DNA from: Gaiellaceae bacterium
Lineage (GTDB): Bacteria; Actinomycetota; Thermoleophilia; Gaiellales; Gaiellaceae
Reading direction: 5' to 3'
Assembly: GCA_036496305.1 (NCBI GenBank)
Contig: DASXLJ010000003.1
Location: forward strand, 23,777 to 87,776
Length of the DNA stretch: 64,000 nt
Of the stretch, positions 45,981 to 54,886 are shown one piece after another. Within the stretch, counting starts at the first letter, position 1. Each line of letters opens with the position of its first letter. The notes beneath the pieces were generated by a model that was not told where the DNA came from, did no database searches, and saw only the letters and a list, made by a program, of their open reading frames with translations. The position numbers were made by a program, and so were the translations under genes.

Positions 45981-46073
45981 GTAACAAAGTGTTACTAAGT
46001 GGGCTGCGAGCCCGCTATCCATCTCGATCGCGCGTCCCAAAGGGCCGTGTCGAAGTTTGTAACAAAGTGTTAC
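45981..46073 (-). repeat. P1 element copy 2 (two GTAACAAAGTGTTAC palindromes 78 bp apart)
   Basis: Palindromes at 45981-45995 and 46059-46073. The reverse complement aligns with 2790-2881, sharing the blocks GACA, TTTGGGACG/TTTTGGACG and AGATGRA. Fills a convergent spacer. Confidence 0.6.
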
Positions 46074-46804
46074 TTGCGGTCTCCGGGGAGCCGGATTCCC
46101 GTGGTGCGGAGAGCCGGGACCGGGTCGGCCCCCGGTTGCGCGACAAGAAGTACCGCGCCGTGCCCCGGTTCGCGGTGCAGCGCGTCGACGAACGCCTGCA
46201 GCCCGACCGCAAGCGCGAACGCCTTGTGCCACTGCTCGCCGCCGAACGGGACGAGCTCGTCCTCGGAACGGAGTCCCGCGATGACGTCGCCCCACGTGAC
46301 GGCTCCCATCGAAACGTCGGCGACGAGCGGCTCGCCGTCCGAGCTCGGGACGCCAATCGCAAGCGGGTTCGTCCCGGCGACCTTCGGGCCGTCCGGCGGG
46401 CCGAGCCGGGCCGGTGAAGTCGCCGTGAGCATCGCCACGAGGCCGCGCGACGCGAGCTGCCGCGCGTAGTAGCCGAGCATCCCCGTCGGGAACGTCCGGT
46501 CGCAGACGATGAGCCGAGCCCGCTCCGGCGGTGACTCGAGCGCACGCGAAACCGCGGCCTGCACGACGAGATAGCCGATCGCCCCGTTCCCGTCCCAGCG
46601 CTCGAAGCCGGCGGATTCCTCGACGAGGCGCGGGCTCGCGGCCGTGTCGAACCCACTCTGCGACTCGAGCCAGACGATGCGCGAGTACCCGTGGCCGAGC
46701 TTCCCCTGCTGCTCGGCGTAGTCGAAGTGCTCCCACAGCGCACGGGTGTCGTCCTCGCCGAAGCCGAGCGCCGCGAGTCGCGCGTGCGCTTCCTCAGGCT
46801 GCAT
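46070..46804 (-). CDS. Ldh_2 (malate/L-lactate dehydrogenase family 2)-like oxidoreductase, compact 244 aa
   Basis: GKLGHGYSRIVWL...GTNPLAIGVP...VSMGAVTWGDV pattern. Its TAA stop lies inside the P1 palindrome. Confidence 0.65.
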   Translation of the reverse strand: MQPEEAHARLAALGFGEDDTRALWEHFDYAEQQGKLGHGYSRIVWLESQSGFDTAASPRLVEESAGFERWDGNGAIGYLVVQAAVSRALESPPERARLIVCDRTFPTGMLGYYARQLASRGLVAMLTATSPARLGPPDGPKVAGTNPLAIGVPSSDGEPLVADVSMGAVTWGDVIAGLRSEDELVPFGGEQWHKAFALAVGLQAFVDALHREPGHGAVLLVAQPGADPVPALRTTGIRLPGDRK

Positions 46805-47471
46805 GGTGGCGCGTTGTGAACTCGAGCACCGGCCAGCCGCGCTCGACCGCGATCTTCCGCAACGCGCGATCCGGGTTCACGACGACGGGATGGCCGACCG
46901 CTTCGAGGAACGGCACATCGGTGTGGCTGTCGGAGTACGCCGTGCAGTCCGCGAGGTCGTAGCCCTCCCGCTCGGCGAGCGCGCGCACGCAGTCCGCCTT
47001 CGCCTGCGCGTGGAGCGAGCGCTCGGCGCGGCCCGTGTACTTCCCGTCCTTCACCTCGATGACGGTGCCGAGCGCGCCGTCGAAGCCGAGATCCTCCGCA
47101 ATCGCGTCGACGATCTCCTGCAGCGTCGCCGAGACGATGTAGACCTTCTCGCCGCGTTCGTGGTGCTGCTTCACGAGCGCGATCGGCTCGGCATAGACGA
47201 GGGGGCGGAGAACCGGCTCCATCGCCTGCGCAACGAGCTCGCGCAGCTCCTCCGGCGAGTACCCCGCGAGGATCTTCAAGCCGTCCTCCGCCGCCCGCCG
47301 CACCGACTCGTGGCTCGCTCCGCGCGCGACGAAGAGGAGCTGCCAGCCCGCGGCGCGCACCATCTGCCAGCGGGAGATGAGACCGCGCTCACGGAACGAT
47401 CCGGCGAGGGCGAGGGCGGAGGAGCGCCGCAGCAGCGTCCGGTCTAGATCGAAGAAAGCAGCGGCAGCCAA
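46794..47471 (-). CDS. HAD-IB family hydrolase (SerB-like phosphatase)
   Basis: AAFFDLDRTLL (DxD motif I), YIVSATL, and AYSDSHTDVPFLE (motif IV). Confidence 0.85.
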   Translation of the reverse strand: MAAAAFFDLDRTLLRRSSALALAGSFRERGLISRWQMVRAAGWQLLFVARGASHESVRRAAEDGLKILAGYSPEELRELVAQAMEPVLRPLVYAEPIALVKQHHERGEKVYIVSATLQEIVDAIAEDLGFDGALGTVIEVKDGKYTGRAERSLHAQAKADCVRALAEREGYDLADCTAYSDSHTDVPFLEAVGHPVVVNPDRALRKIAVERGWPVLEFTTRHHAA

Positions 47472-47475
47472 GGGC

Positions 47476-48552
47476 TCATCCGACGAGCGGGAGCGCCTTC
47501 ACGATGCCGGCAGGCTCGACCCGAAGCGCCTCGATCTCCTGCGCGATCGCGGAGATCGCCTGCGCGGCCGCCGCGTCGGGCCGCGCCGAGACGATCGGAG
47601 CGCCGGCGTCTCCTTGCTCCCGCAACACCGGATCGAGCGGTACCGAGCCAAGGAGCGGAACGCCGAGCGAACCGGCGAGCTCCTCTCCGCCGCCGCTGCC
47701 GAAGACGTCGCCCGACATGTTCTCGACGACGCCGAGCAACCGCATGTTCGTCTTCTGCGCCATCCCCGCGGCCCGCGCAGCGACGTCCTGCGCGAGCTTC
47801 TGCGGCGTCGTGACGACAACGACCTCGGCGCGCGGCAGGAGCTGGCCGAGCGAGATGGAGACGTCGCCCGTCCCCGGCGGCATGTCGACGACGAGCGTGT
47901 CGATCTCGCCCCAGTGGACGTCGGTGAGGAACTGTTCGAGCGCGCGATGGAGCATCGGGCCGCGCCACATGACCGGCTCGTTGCGCGTCTCGAGGAAGAA
48001 GCCGATCGACATGAGCTTGAGCCCATCCTTCACCGGCGGCACGATCATCTGGTCGACGGCGACCGGCTTCTGGTGGATGCCGAGGACGTGCGGGATCGAG
48101 TGGCCGTAGATGTCGGCGTCGAGCAGCCCGACCTCGTGGCCGAGCTCCGTGAATGCGACTGCGAGATTCGCGGAGAGCGACGACTTGCCGACCCCGCCCT
48201 TCCCGCTCGCGACCGCGATGACGCGGCAGCCGGCCGGGATGCGGATCACGCCCTCGTCCGGTGCGCCGCCGCGGAGCTTCTGCGTCAGCGCCTGCCGCTC
48301 GTCGGGCGTCATGACGTCGAACGAGAGCTCGACGCCGGTCACGCCCGGCACCGTCGAGAGCGCCTGCTCGACCTGTGTCTCGAACGAATCGCGGAGCGGA
48401 CAGCCCGCGATCGTGAGCACGATCGTGAGCGCGACGACGCCGTCGTGCAGCTCGAGATCGCGCACCATGTCGAGCTCGGTGACCGGCCGCCGCAGCTCAG
48501 GATCGATCACCTTGTCGAGCGCCTTGAGCACCTGATCGTAAGAAGCCTCCAC
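47476..48552 (-). CDS. Mrp/ApbC Fe-S cluster carrier ATPase with N-terminal DUF59 domain
   Basis: VLKALDKVIDPELRRPVTELDMV (DUF59). Deviant Walker A VASGKGGVGKSS. CPxC absent/variant. GTG start 48550-48552 (rc) preferred over ATG 48663. Confidence 0.9.
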   Translation of the reverse strand: MEASYDQVLKALDKVIDPELRRPVTELDMVRDLELHDGVVALTIVLTIAGCPLRDSFETQVEQALSTVPGVTGVELSFDVMTPDERQALTQKLRGGAPDEGVIRIPAGCRVIAVASGKGGVGKSSLSANLAVAFTELGHEVGLLDADIYGHSIPHVLGIHQKPVAVDQMIVPPVKDGLKLMSIGFFLETRNEPVMWRGPMLHRALEQFLTDVHWGEIDTLVVDMPPGTGDVSISLGQLLPRAEVVVVTTPQKLAQDVAARAAGMAQKTNMRLLGVVENMSGDVFGSGGGEELAGSLGVPLLGSVPLDPVLREQGDAGAPIVSARPDAAAAQAISAIAQEIEALRVEPAGIVKALPLVG

Positions 48553-48655
48553 GAGAGCGAGAGTACCGGGAGGATCGCTCCCGCAAACGGCGAAACCGCT
48601 CAGGATGACGTGGCATTCCACCACTGACGGATGGTCGGCCGGCGACGAGCACACG

Positions 48656-49249
48656 ATGGTCATGCGCGCGCCGCGGGCTGCGCGTCGTCCACGCAGGTGG
48701 TCGATGTGGGCGCTACCGGCGCTCGCCTTCCTCTGCGGCGCGCTCGTCAGCGCAGCCGTGTTCACGATCGGCTGGCGGCACCAGACGCAGCAGAACGCTG
48801 CTGCCCAGAGCGCCCTCGCCAACGCGACCGCGCGAAATCACAAGCTCACCACCTCGCTTGCGTCCTCGCGGGATGCTCTCGCCGCGGAGAAGCGGATCGC
48901 CGGCCAGGAGCTCGCGTCCCTGCACGACGCTCAGGCGTCCGGCGCCACGATCGCCGCCGAGGCAAGCGCGGCGCAGGCAAGCGCGTCATCCGTGTCGGGC
49001 ACCGCCGCGTCGATGGCATCCACCGCCGACAAGATCGCGAACGAGCTGAAGACGCTCACGACGTACCTCACGACGACACCGCCGTCGCAGCTCGACTCCG
49101 GCTACATCGCGAGCCAGACCGCGTATCTCTCCCACCAGGTCGAGGCGCTGCAGTCGGCAGGCGGGACGACGACGACGGCGGCGGCGAGCTTCGACCGCGC
49201 GATCCGCAAGCTCGCGCAGCTCGCATCGGCGCTCGCAGGCTCGCACTAG
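48656..49249 (+). CDS. Membrane-anchored Ala/Ser/Thr-rich (coiled-coil-like) hypothetical protein
   Basis: RRPRRWSMWALPALAFLCGALVSAAVFTIGW (TM), then low-complexity helical sequence. Start is one of three in-frame Met codons. Confidence 0.5.
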   Translation: MVMRAPRAARRPRRWSMWALPALAFLCGALVSAAVFTIGWRHQTQQNAAAQSALANATARNHKLTTSLASSRDALAAEKRIAGQELASLHDAQASGATIAAEASAAQASASSVSGTAASMASTADKIANELKTLTTYLTTTPPSQLDSGYIASQTAYLSHQVEALQSAGGTTTTAAASFDRAIRKLAQLASALAGSH

Positions 49250-49301
49250 CGCTCAGGAAATCCTCACCTAACGTGCCCGAAACAGGGCTAGCCTGTCGAG
49301 C

Positions 49302-50657
49302 GTGAAAGTTGCCGTCGCAATCGTTGTCGCCGCCGGAGCGCTCGCGCTCGGCGTGACCTCCTCCATGGCCGGAGCCGCGCCGGCAGCTTCGCACCCGATT
49401 CGCTTCCTGCGGCACGCGGCGCTCGCGACACACGCAAGCCGGCTCTCAGCGACGGCACGCACGACGAAGTCGGCCGGATTCACCTGCATCTCGGCCTGCT
49501 CGAAGTACGAGTCGACGATCAACCAGTTCTTCAGCGACGTCGCCGCCGCGAGCCTGGCCGGCGCCGCGGACAACGTCTACTCCGTCGCGACGCAGTACCC
49601 GAACATCCTCAACAGCACGACGTTCGGCGGCTCGTTCGTCGATGGAACCCCGTATCCGACGACAACGACCTGCCACGACGGCTTCGACAAGTACTGCGTC
49701 ACCGACACGCAGCTTCAGGCAGAGATCGGGAAGGTTGTTGCGGGCCACCACTGGCCGCGGCGCTCGCAAGCGGCCATGTACTTCATCTTCACGCCCGCGC
49801 ACGTCGGCATCTGCATCAAGAAGGGTCGCGCGGCGGGGAACGCGTGCACGACGAACTATTTCTGCGCGTACCACTCCTACTCGTCGACGGGCTCGTTCAT
49901 CTACGCGGTCGAGCCGGACGCTGCAGCGGTCGCCGACAACGCCTGCGACTCGGGCGCGGCTCCCGCGGGGAACCACGCCGACGACACGCTCAGCTCTATC
50001 AGCCATGAGCAGATGGAGGCAATCACCGACCCGTTGGGTGACCTCTCGGGCTGGACGTCGGACGACCCCGAGACGTACGAGGGAATCCCGAACTTCTTCA
50101 AGGGCAGCGAGATCGGCGACCTCTGCGCCTACAACTACGGCACGCCACTCGGCGCGACGCCGGGCGGCCAGCCGTACAACCAGGTCATCAACGGTCACGA
50201 CTACTTCCTGCAGCAGGAGTACAGCAACGCCGACGCCGGTTGCGTGCAGTACCTCGGCGGAACCCCGACGAACTTCCCCCCGACCGACTCGCGCTACGAA
50301 GGCGTCGGCCCGCTCGTCTACCACGACGGCCCGGTTATGACGACCAACCAGGTCTATGCGATCTACTGGGTGCCGGCGAGGCCCGCGAACAAGACGCTGC
50401 CGACGATTTCCGGCAGCGCGAAGACCGGGAAGATGCTCAAAGCGTCGCACGGCACGTGGTCGAACTTGCCGAAGTTCGCGTACCGGTGGCTCCGCTGCTC
50501 GCCCGCGGGGCGGTCATGCAAGGGCATCGCGAAAGGCTCGTCGTACGTCCTCACGGCGGACGACGCTCACCACAAGATCGAAGTGCAGGTGACGGCGACG
50601 AACGCGATCGGCCATGCGAGCGCGACGTCGCCTCGGACGCGCACCGTCACGCGGTAG
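49302..50657 (+). CDS. Secreted hypothetical protein (451 aa) with C-terminal Ig-like repeat
   Basis: Signal peptide VKVAVAIVVAAGALALGVTSSMAGA. Cys-rich central domain (FCAYHSYS, SHEQMEAITDP, EIGDLCAYNYG). C-terminal ...GTWSNLPKFAYRWLRCSPAGRSCKGI...VQVTATNAIG module. Confidence 0.65.
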   Translation: MKVAVAIVVAAGALALGVTSSMAGAAPAASHPIRFLRHAALATHASRLSATARTTKSAGFTCISACSKYESTINQFFSDVAAASLAGAADNVYSVATQYPNILNSTTFGGSFVDGTPYPTTTTCHDGFDKYCVTDTQLQAEIGKVVAGHHWPRRSQAAMYFIFTPAHVGICIKKGRAAGNACTTNYFCAYHSYSSTGSFIYAVEPDAAAVADNACDSGAAPAGNHADDTLSSISHEQMEAITDPLGDLSGWTSDDPETYEGIPNFFKGSEIGDLCAYNYGTPLGATPGGQPYNQVINGHDYFLQQEYSNADAGCVQYLGGTPTNFPPTDSRYEGVGPLVYHDGPVMTTNQVYAIYWVPARPANKTLPTISGSAKTGKMLKASHGTWSNLPKFAYRWLRCSPAGRSCKGIAKGSSYVLTADDAHHKIEVQVTATNAIGHASATSPRTRTVTR

Positions 50658-50659
50658 CC

Positions 50660-51454
50660 CTACGCGGACAGGGCGTGCGCAAGCTGCCCGCACACGTCGC
50701 TCGTTCCCGCCGCCGCGAGCCGCGAACGCCCGACGAGGTCGAGCGGCGCCGCGCCGAACGGCTCGGCGACGTCGAAGAGCTCGAGTGCGAGCCCGAGCTC
50801 GCGGCACAGGAGTTGGCCCGCGGCGATGTCGACGGAGCGCGTCGGCTTGAGCGTGCAGACGCCGTCGACGCGGCCCGCGGCGAGATGGCAGAGCGAGAGC
50901 GCCGTCGAGCCCATGATCCGGAGGCGGTGCGCGAGGCCGACGACCTTCGGCGCGTCGGCCGCGACGAGGTCAGTGCGCGTCGCCTCCATCACGAGGATCT
51001 CGACTGCGCCGCCCTGCTCGGTGGCGCCGAGCGGCTTGCCGTCGAGGAAAGCGCCCTGGCCTCGCTTGGCGGTCCACTCCTCGCCGCTACCGAAGTCATG
51101 GACGAAACCGGAGTGGACGTTGTCCATCGTCCGTCCGTCGGCGACGGCGATCGAGAGGGAGAAGAACGGGATCCCGCGCTTCGCATTGAGCGAGCCGTCG
51201 ATCGGATCGATCACGAGAACCGTGTCGGAGCCCGCAAGGAAGCCGAGCTCCTCGGAGACGATCGACGCGCCGGTCGCGCGGAAGCGCTCGACGATCGCGT
51301 CTTCCGCCGCCTGGTCGATCGCGGTCGTCTCGTCGCCACCCTCGCCGGTGCCGAGCACTCGTTCGCGCTCGGCGCGCGTCGGCATCGCGCGGAACACGGC
51401 CTCGACATCGCGCACGGCCGCGCGACAGAGCTCGAGCCAGTCTGTGTCAGTCAA
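50660..51454 (-). CDS. Inositol monophosphatase / FBPase family protein (second paralogue)
   Basis: IVSEELG...VLVIDPIDGSLNAKRGIPFFSLSIAV... Confidence 0.85.
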   Translation of the reverse strand: MTDTDWLELCRAAVRDVEAVFRAMPTRAERERVLGTGEGGDETTAIDQAAEDAIVERFRATGASIVSEELGFLAGSDTVLVIDPIDGSLNAKRGIPFFSLSIAVADGRTMDNVHSGFVHDFGSGEEWTAKRGQGAFLDGKPLGATEQGGAVEILVMEATRTDLVAADAPKVVGLAHRLRIMGSTALSLCHLAAGRVDGVCTLKPTRSVDIAAGQLLCRELGLALELFDVAEPFGAAPLDLVGRSRLAAAGTSDVCGQLAHALSA

Positions 51455-52472
51455 GCGGCAGCATGAGAAGCCCGGACGTGAGCTTCGGATAGAAGAACGT
51501 GCTCTTCTGCGGCATCACATCGCCGCGCCGTGCGACCTCCCAGACGTCCTCGATCCGCGTCGGGCGGAGAAGGAACGCCGCCGCCGCCTCGCCGCGATCG
51601 ACGGCCGCAACCGCCTCGTCGCGCTGCGGCGTGTACGTCACGCCCTCGAGTGGCAGCGCCGCGACGACTTCGGGGTCGAGACCGTCGCCGTGCAGGAGCT
51701 CGTAGCCGCCGTCGCGGTAAAGGACAGGTCCCGGCAAGACATCACCCGGAGGGCTGATCGGTTCCCCACTCACTCCGTCGACCGATTGCGCCAGCCGGTG
51801 CGTCGGGAAGATCGTCAGTCCCTCCTGCTCCGTCGGGACGATCACCGCGAGCAACCACTCCTCCCCCGCGGCGAGCGTCGTCTCGTAGCGGTGATGCCCA
51901 TCGGCAATGAGGAGCTGCGCGTCGGCGAGCGCCTCCGTCAGCGCCTCGCCGAACTCCGCGTCGAGCCGCCAGAGACTGTCGCAGCCGCTCCGGAGATCGG
52001 GCTCGCCGAGCCCATCGACGTCGACCGACCCGTCCCAGAGAAAGAAGAGCGGCTCGAGCTGCGTGCGCGTCGCACGCAGAAGGCGCAGGCGCCCCTCCTT
52101 CGGGCCCGCATGCGTGAGCTCGTGCGGGAGGACGACGCGGGTCTCGTACGGCTCGACGCGCAGCGCGGCGACGAATCCCTCGCGCCGTCGGCGCACACCG
52201 TCGGGCCCCTCGTACTCCTGCGCAAGCCACCAGTACGCGGGCTCGGCTTCTTCGACGAGCACGCCGCGCTCGCGCCAATCGGCGAGCTGCGCGCCTGCTT
52301 CTTCCTCGCTGTCCGGAAGGGTCAGGTGGACGACGTTGTACGGGCTCTGTCGGAGGAGCGCCTCGCGTTGCTCCGGTCCGATGACGTCGTAAGGAGGAGC
52401 GACCAGGTCGTCGAGATCTCCCGCCACAGCTTCGTCGTAGCGGAGCGCACGGAACGGCCGGATTGCTGCCAT
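51447..52472 (-). CDS. DUF1015-family protein
   Basis: MAAIRPFRALRYDEAVAGDLDDLVAPPYDVIGPEQREALLRQSPYNVVHLTLP is the conserved DUF1015 N-terminus. Confidence 0.88.
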   Translation of the reverse strand: MAAIRPFRALRYDEAVAGDLDDLVAPPYDVIGPEQREALLRQSPYNVVHLTLPDSEEEAGAQLADWRERGVLVEEAEPAYWWLAQEYEGPDGVRRRREGFVAALRVEPYETRVVLPHELTHAGPKEGRLRLLRATRTQLEPLFFLWDGSVDVDGLGEPDLRSGCDSLWRLDAEFGEALTEALADAQLLIADGHHRYETTLAAGEEWLLAVIVPTEQEGLTIFPTHRLAQSVDGVSGEPISPPGDVLPGPVLYRDGGYELLHGDGLDPEVVAALPLEGVTYTPQRDEAVAAVDRGEAAAAFLLRPTRIEDVWEVARRGDVMPQKSTFFYPKLTSGLLMLPLD

Positions 52473-52852
52473 GGCAGTGACCGTACCAACCGCACAGTTT
52501 CATGCCCGGCGCGAACGAGCCATGTCCCGAGACCGAGCAGGAAGACACCGACCGCACCGGCAGCGCGACCGGGCGCCGCTCGGCGAGCCGCCGCTCGCTC
52601 GGAGCTGCGAACGACGAGCACCTGCTCCGCCGGAATCACCTCGAGGACGGCAGACGCCGAGACACGGCGCAGCTTGTGGCCCCGCCGGATCTCGAGTTCC
52701 GCCGCGACATGCGGATCGTTGTTCGCGAGGACGCGTTCAACCGTTCCGCGGCCACCGCCGACGACCGAGAAGCCGGCGCAATTCGCCAGCCAGTAACGCG
52801 TGACCGGACTCGCGGCGGTAAACCGCTTCGTCTGGGCCGGTACGACTGTCAT
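52322..52852 (-). CDS. Hypothetical membrane-anchored protein, tentatively PRC-barrel-like; 3' 151 nt overlap DUF1015
   Basis: MTVVPAQTKRFTAASPVTRYWLANCAGFSVVGGGRGTVERVL...LEVIPAEQVLVV, then TM AAGAVGVFLLGLGTWLV. GC3 bias is good in the first ~115 codons. The tail is an alternate frame of the next gene. Confidence 0.4.
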   Translation of the reverse strand: MTVVPAQTKRFTAASPVTRYWLANCAGFSVVGGGRGTVERVLANNDPHVAAELEIRRGHKLRRVSASAVLEVIPAEQVLVVRSSERAAARRAAPGRAAGAVGVFLLGLGTWLVRAGHETVRLVRSLPWQQSGRSVRSATTKLWREISTTWSLLLTTSSDRSNARRSSDRARTTSST

Positions 52853-52894
52853 CACCGCCTCGGTCCCCGCGTTGGCAGATGCGAAACTTCCGAC

Positions 52895-53698
52895 GTGACC
52901 GCGATCGCCGAGCTCGAGGAGAACCGCACCGTCGAAGGCGTGTACGCCGTCGCGCGCAAGGAGAAGCTGCGCACCCGCAACGGCGGCACGTACCTCGCGC
53001 TCGAGCTCGTCGATCCGAGTGGGCGGATCCCCGCGCGGGTCTGGAACGACGTCGATCTCCTCGACGCGCGCTTCGAGACGGGTGACGCCGTGCGCGTGCT
53101 CGGACGGGTGGAGAAGTTCCGCGACAAGCTGCAGGTCGAGGTACGGACGCTCGAGCCGGCGGAGGGAGTCGACCCGGCGAAGCTTGCGGTCGGACTGCGC
53201 CGGGACGCCGACGAGCTCGAGGGCTTCCTCGAGTTCCTCGTCGCGGAGGTGCACGACGACGGGCTGCGCGAGGTCGTCGTGCGTGCGCTCGCAGAGGCGC
53301 CGCTGCGCTCGTATCCCGCGACGCCGGACGGCCACCACTCGTACGCGGGAGGCCTGCTCGAGCACACGGTCGGCGTCGCGACGCTCTGCCGCGAGCTCTG
53401 CCAGATCCACCCGCGCCTTCGTCCTGACCTGCTCATCGCCGCGGCGCTCGTCCACGACGTGGGCCGAACGCGCGAGCTCGGCCCGCCGCCGGTCTTCGCG
53501 CCGACGGAGCGGGGAACGCTTCTCGGTCACGTCCACCTCGGACTGCGCCTGCTCGAAGATCTCGACGCGCCCGATGAGCTTCTCCATGCCGTCGCCTGCC
53601 ACCACGACGCCCGCGCGGCTCGCACCGCCGAGGCGGCTGTCCTGTACCACGCGAACCAGCTCGACGCGGTGGCCGCCACCCGGCCCGTTCCCGCTTGA
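52895..53698 (+). CDS. OB-fold + HD-domain nuclease/phosphohydrolase (YhaM-like)
   Basis: OB region VEGVYAVARKEKLRTRNGGTYLALELVDPSGRIPARVW. HD region HHSYAGGLLEHT...ALVHDVGR...HH. GTG start. Confidence 0.75.
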   Translation: MTAIAELEENRTVEGVYAVARKEKLRTRNGGTYLALELVDPSGRIPARVWNDVDLLDARFETGDAVRVLGRVEKFRDKLQVEVRTLEPAEGVDPAKLAVGLRRDADELEGFLEFLVAEVHDDGLREVVVRALAEAPLRSYPATPDGHHSYAGGLLEHTVGVATLCRELCQIHPRLRPDLLIAAALVHDVGRTRELGPPPVFAPTERGTLLGHVHLGLRLLEDLDAPDELLHAVACHHDARAARTAEAAVLYHANQLDAVAATRPVPA

Positions 53699-54537
53699 CC
53701 GGCGTTCTGCTCGCGCTCGCCGCGAGCCTGTCGTGGGGCCTGTCCGACTTCGGCGGCGGGCTCGGAGCGCGCCGCATCCAGATCATCTGGGTGCTCGTCG
53801 TCTCCCAGCTCGCGGGGCTCGCGCTCGTGGGAACGATGTACCTCGTGACGCAGCCGCAGGCGCCGACCGAGCGCGAGTACGCGTGGGGAGTGTTCGCCGG
53901 CGTCATGGGCGCCGTCGGCCTCGCGGCGTTCTACCGTGGGCTCGCCGTCGGGGCGATGGGAATCGTCGGGCCGATCTCCGCCACCGGCGCGATCGTCCCG
54001 ATCGTGTACGGGCTCGCGCGCGGCGAGCGGCCCGCCGCCCTGCAAGCGGTGGGGATCATCGTCGCCGTGATCGGCGTCGTCGCCGCATCGCTCGAACCGC
54101 TGCCCGAAGGCGCAGGGCGAAAGCTCGCGACCGGAGTCGGCTTTTCACTCATCGCCGCGCTCGGGTTCGGCTGCTCGATCCTCGGCCTGAACCGCGTCTC
54201 GCAGGCGGGCGTCGTCTGGGGGACGCTGTCGCTGCGCCTGACGGTCGTACCGATCGTCCTCATCGCCGCGCTGATCGTTCGGCCGTCCGCGGCGAAGCTC
54301 CGTCCCCTTCTCCCCTTGCTCATCGCGGTGGGCCTCTTCGACACCGGAGCGAACCTGCTGTACGGAGCGTCGGCGCGCCACGGGCTGATCAGCGTCGTCT
54401 CGGTGCTCGCCTCGCTCTATCCGATCGTGCTCGTCGGGCTCGCGTACATCGTCCTGCACGAGCGGATCTCGCGGCCGCAACTCGCGGGGGTCGCCCTCGC
54501 GCTCGCCGGCGTCGCGCTCATATCGGCAGGCGGCTGA
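53695..54537 (+). CDS. EamA/DMT-family transporter
   Basis: 280 aa, ~10 TM, with an internally duplicated EamA-like architecture. Confidence 0.85.
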   Translation: MTGVLLALAASLSWGLSDFGGGLGARRIQIIWVLVVSQLAGLALVGTMYLVTQPQAPTEREYAWGVFAGVMGAVGLAAFYRGLAVGAMGIVGPISATGAIVPIVYGLARGERPAALQAVGIIVAVIGVVAASLEPLPEGAGRKLATGVGFSLIAALGFGCSILGLNRVSQAGVVWGTLSLRLTVVPIVLIAALIVRPSAAKLRPLLPLLIAVGLFDTGANLLYGASARHGLISVVSVLASLYPIVLVGLAYIVLHERISRPQLAGVALALAGVALISAGG

Positions 54538-54886
54538 CCTTCTCCTCGATCACGACGCGCAGCTCGCGGGCTTCCTCGAGGCACATGCCGGCGGGATCGG
54601 CGAGCTGCCAGTCGACGTACTCCTTGCCCGGAATGTAGGGACACGCGTCGCCGCAGCCCATCGTCACGACGAGATCCGCCCACTCGACGTCCTCGCGCGA
54701 AAGCTTGTGCGGGACGCGCCCCGAGATGTCGATTTCCACCTCCTCGAGCGCCTCGACGACGACCGGGTGGAGCTCGGCCGCGGGATTCGACCCGGCAGAG
54801 CGTCCCTCACCACCGCGCCGCTCATACAGCGCTTGCGCCATCTGCGAGCGCCCGGCGTTCTGGATGCAGACGAAGAGGACGTTCAC
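54518..54886 (-). CDS. arsC: Arsenate reductase, LMW-PTPase type
   Basis: CX5R P-loop VLFVCIQNAGRSQMA and distal cysteines MGCGDACP. Confidence 0.9.
   Translation of the reverse strand: MNVLFVCIQNAGRSQMAQALYERRGGEGRSAGSNPAAELHPVVVEALEEVEIDISGRVPHKLSREDVEWADLVVTMGCGDACPYIPGKEYVDWQLADPAGMCLEEARELRVVIEEKVSRLPI

Noticed and set aside
46070-46804. Idea that the P1 element truncated the Ldh_2-like gene (244 aa against ~340 aa typical).
   Set aside because: The protein still ends with a ...GIRLPGDRK segment resembling the normal family C-terminus (..PGE..). No remnant of a 3' fragment exists beyond the element. It is probably just a compact family member.
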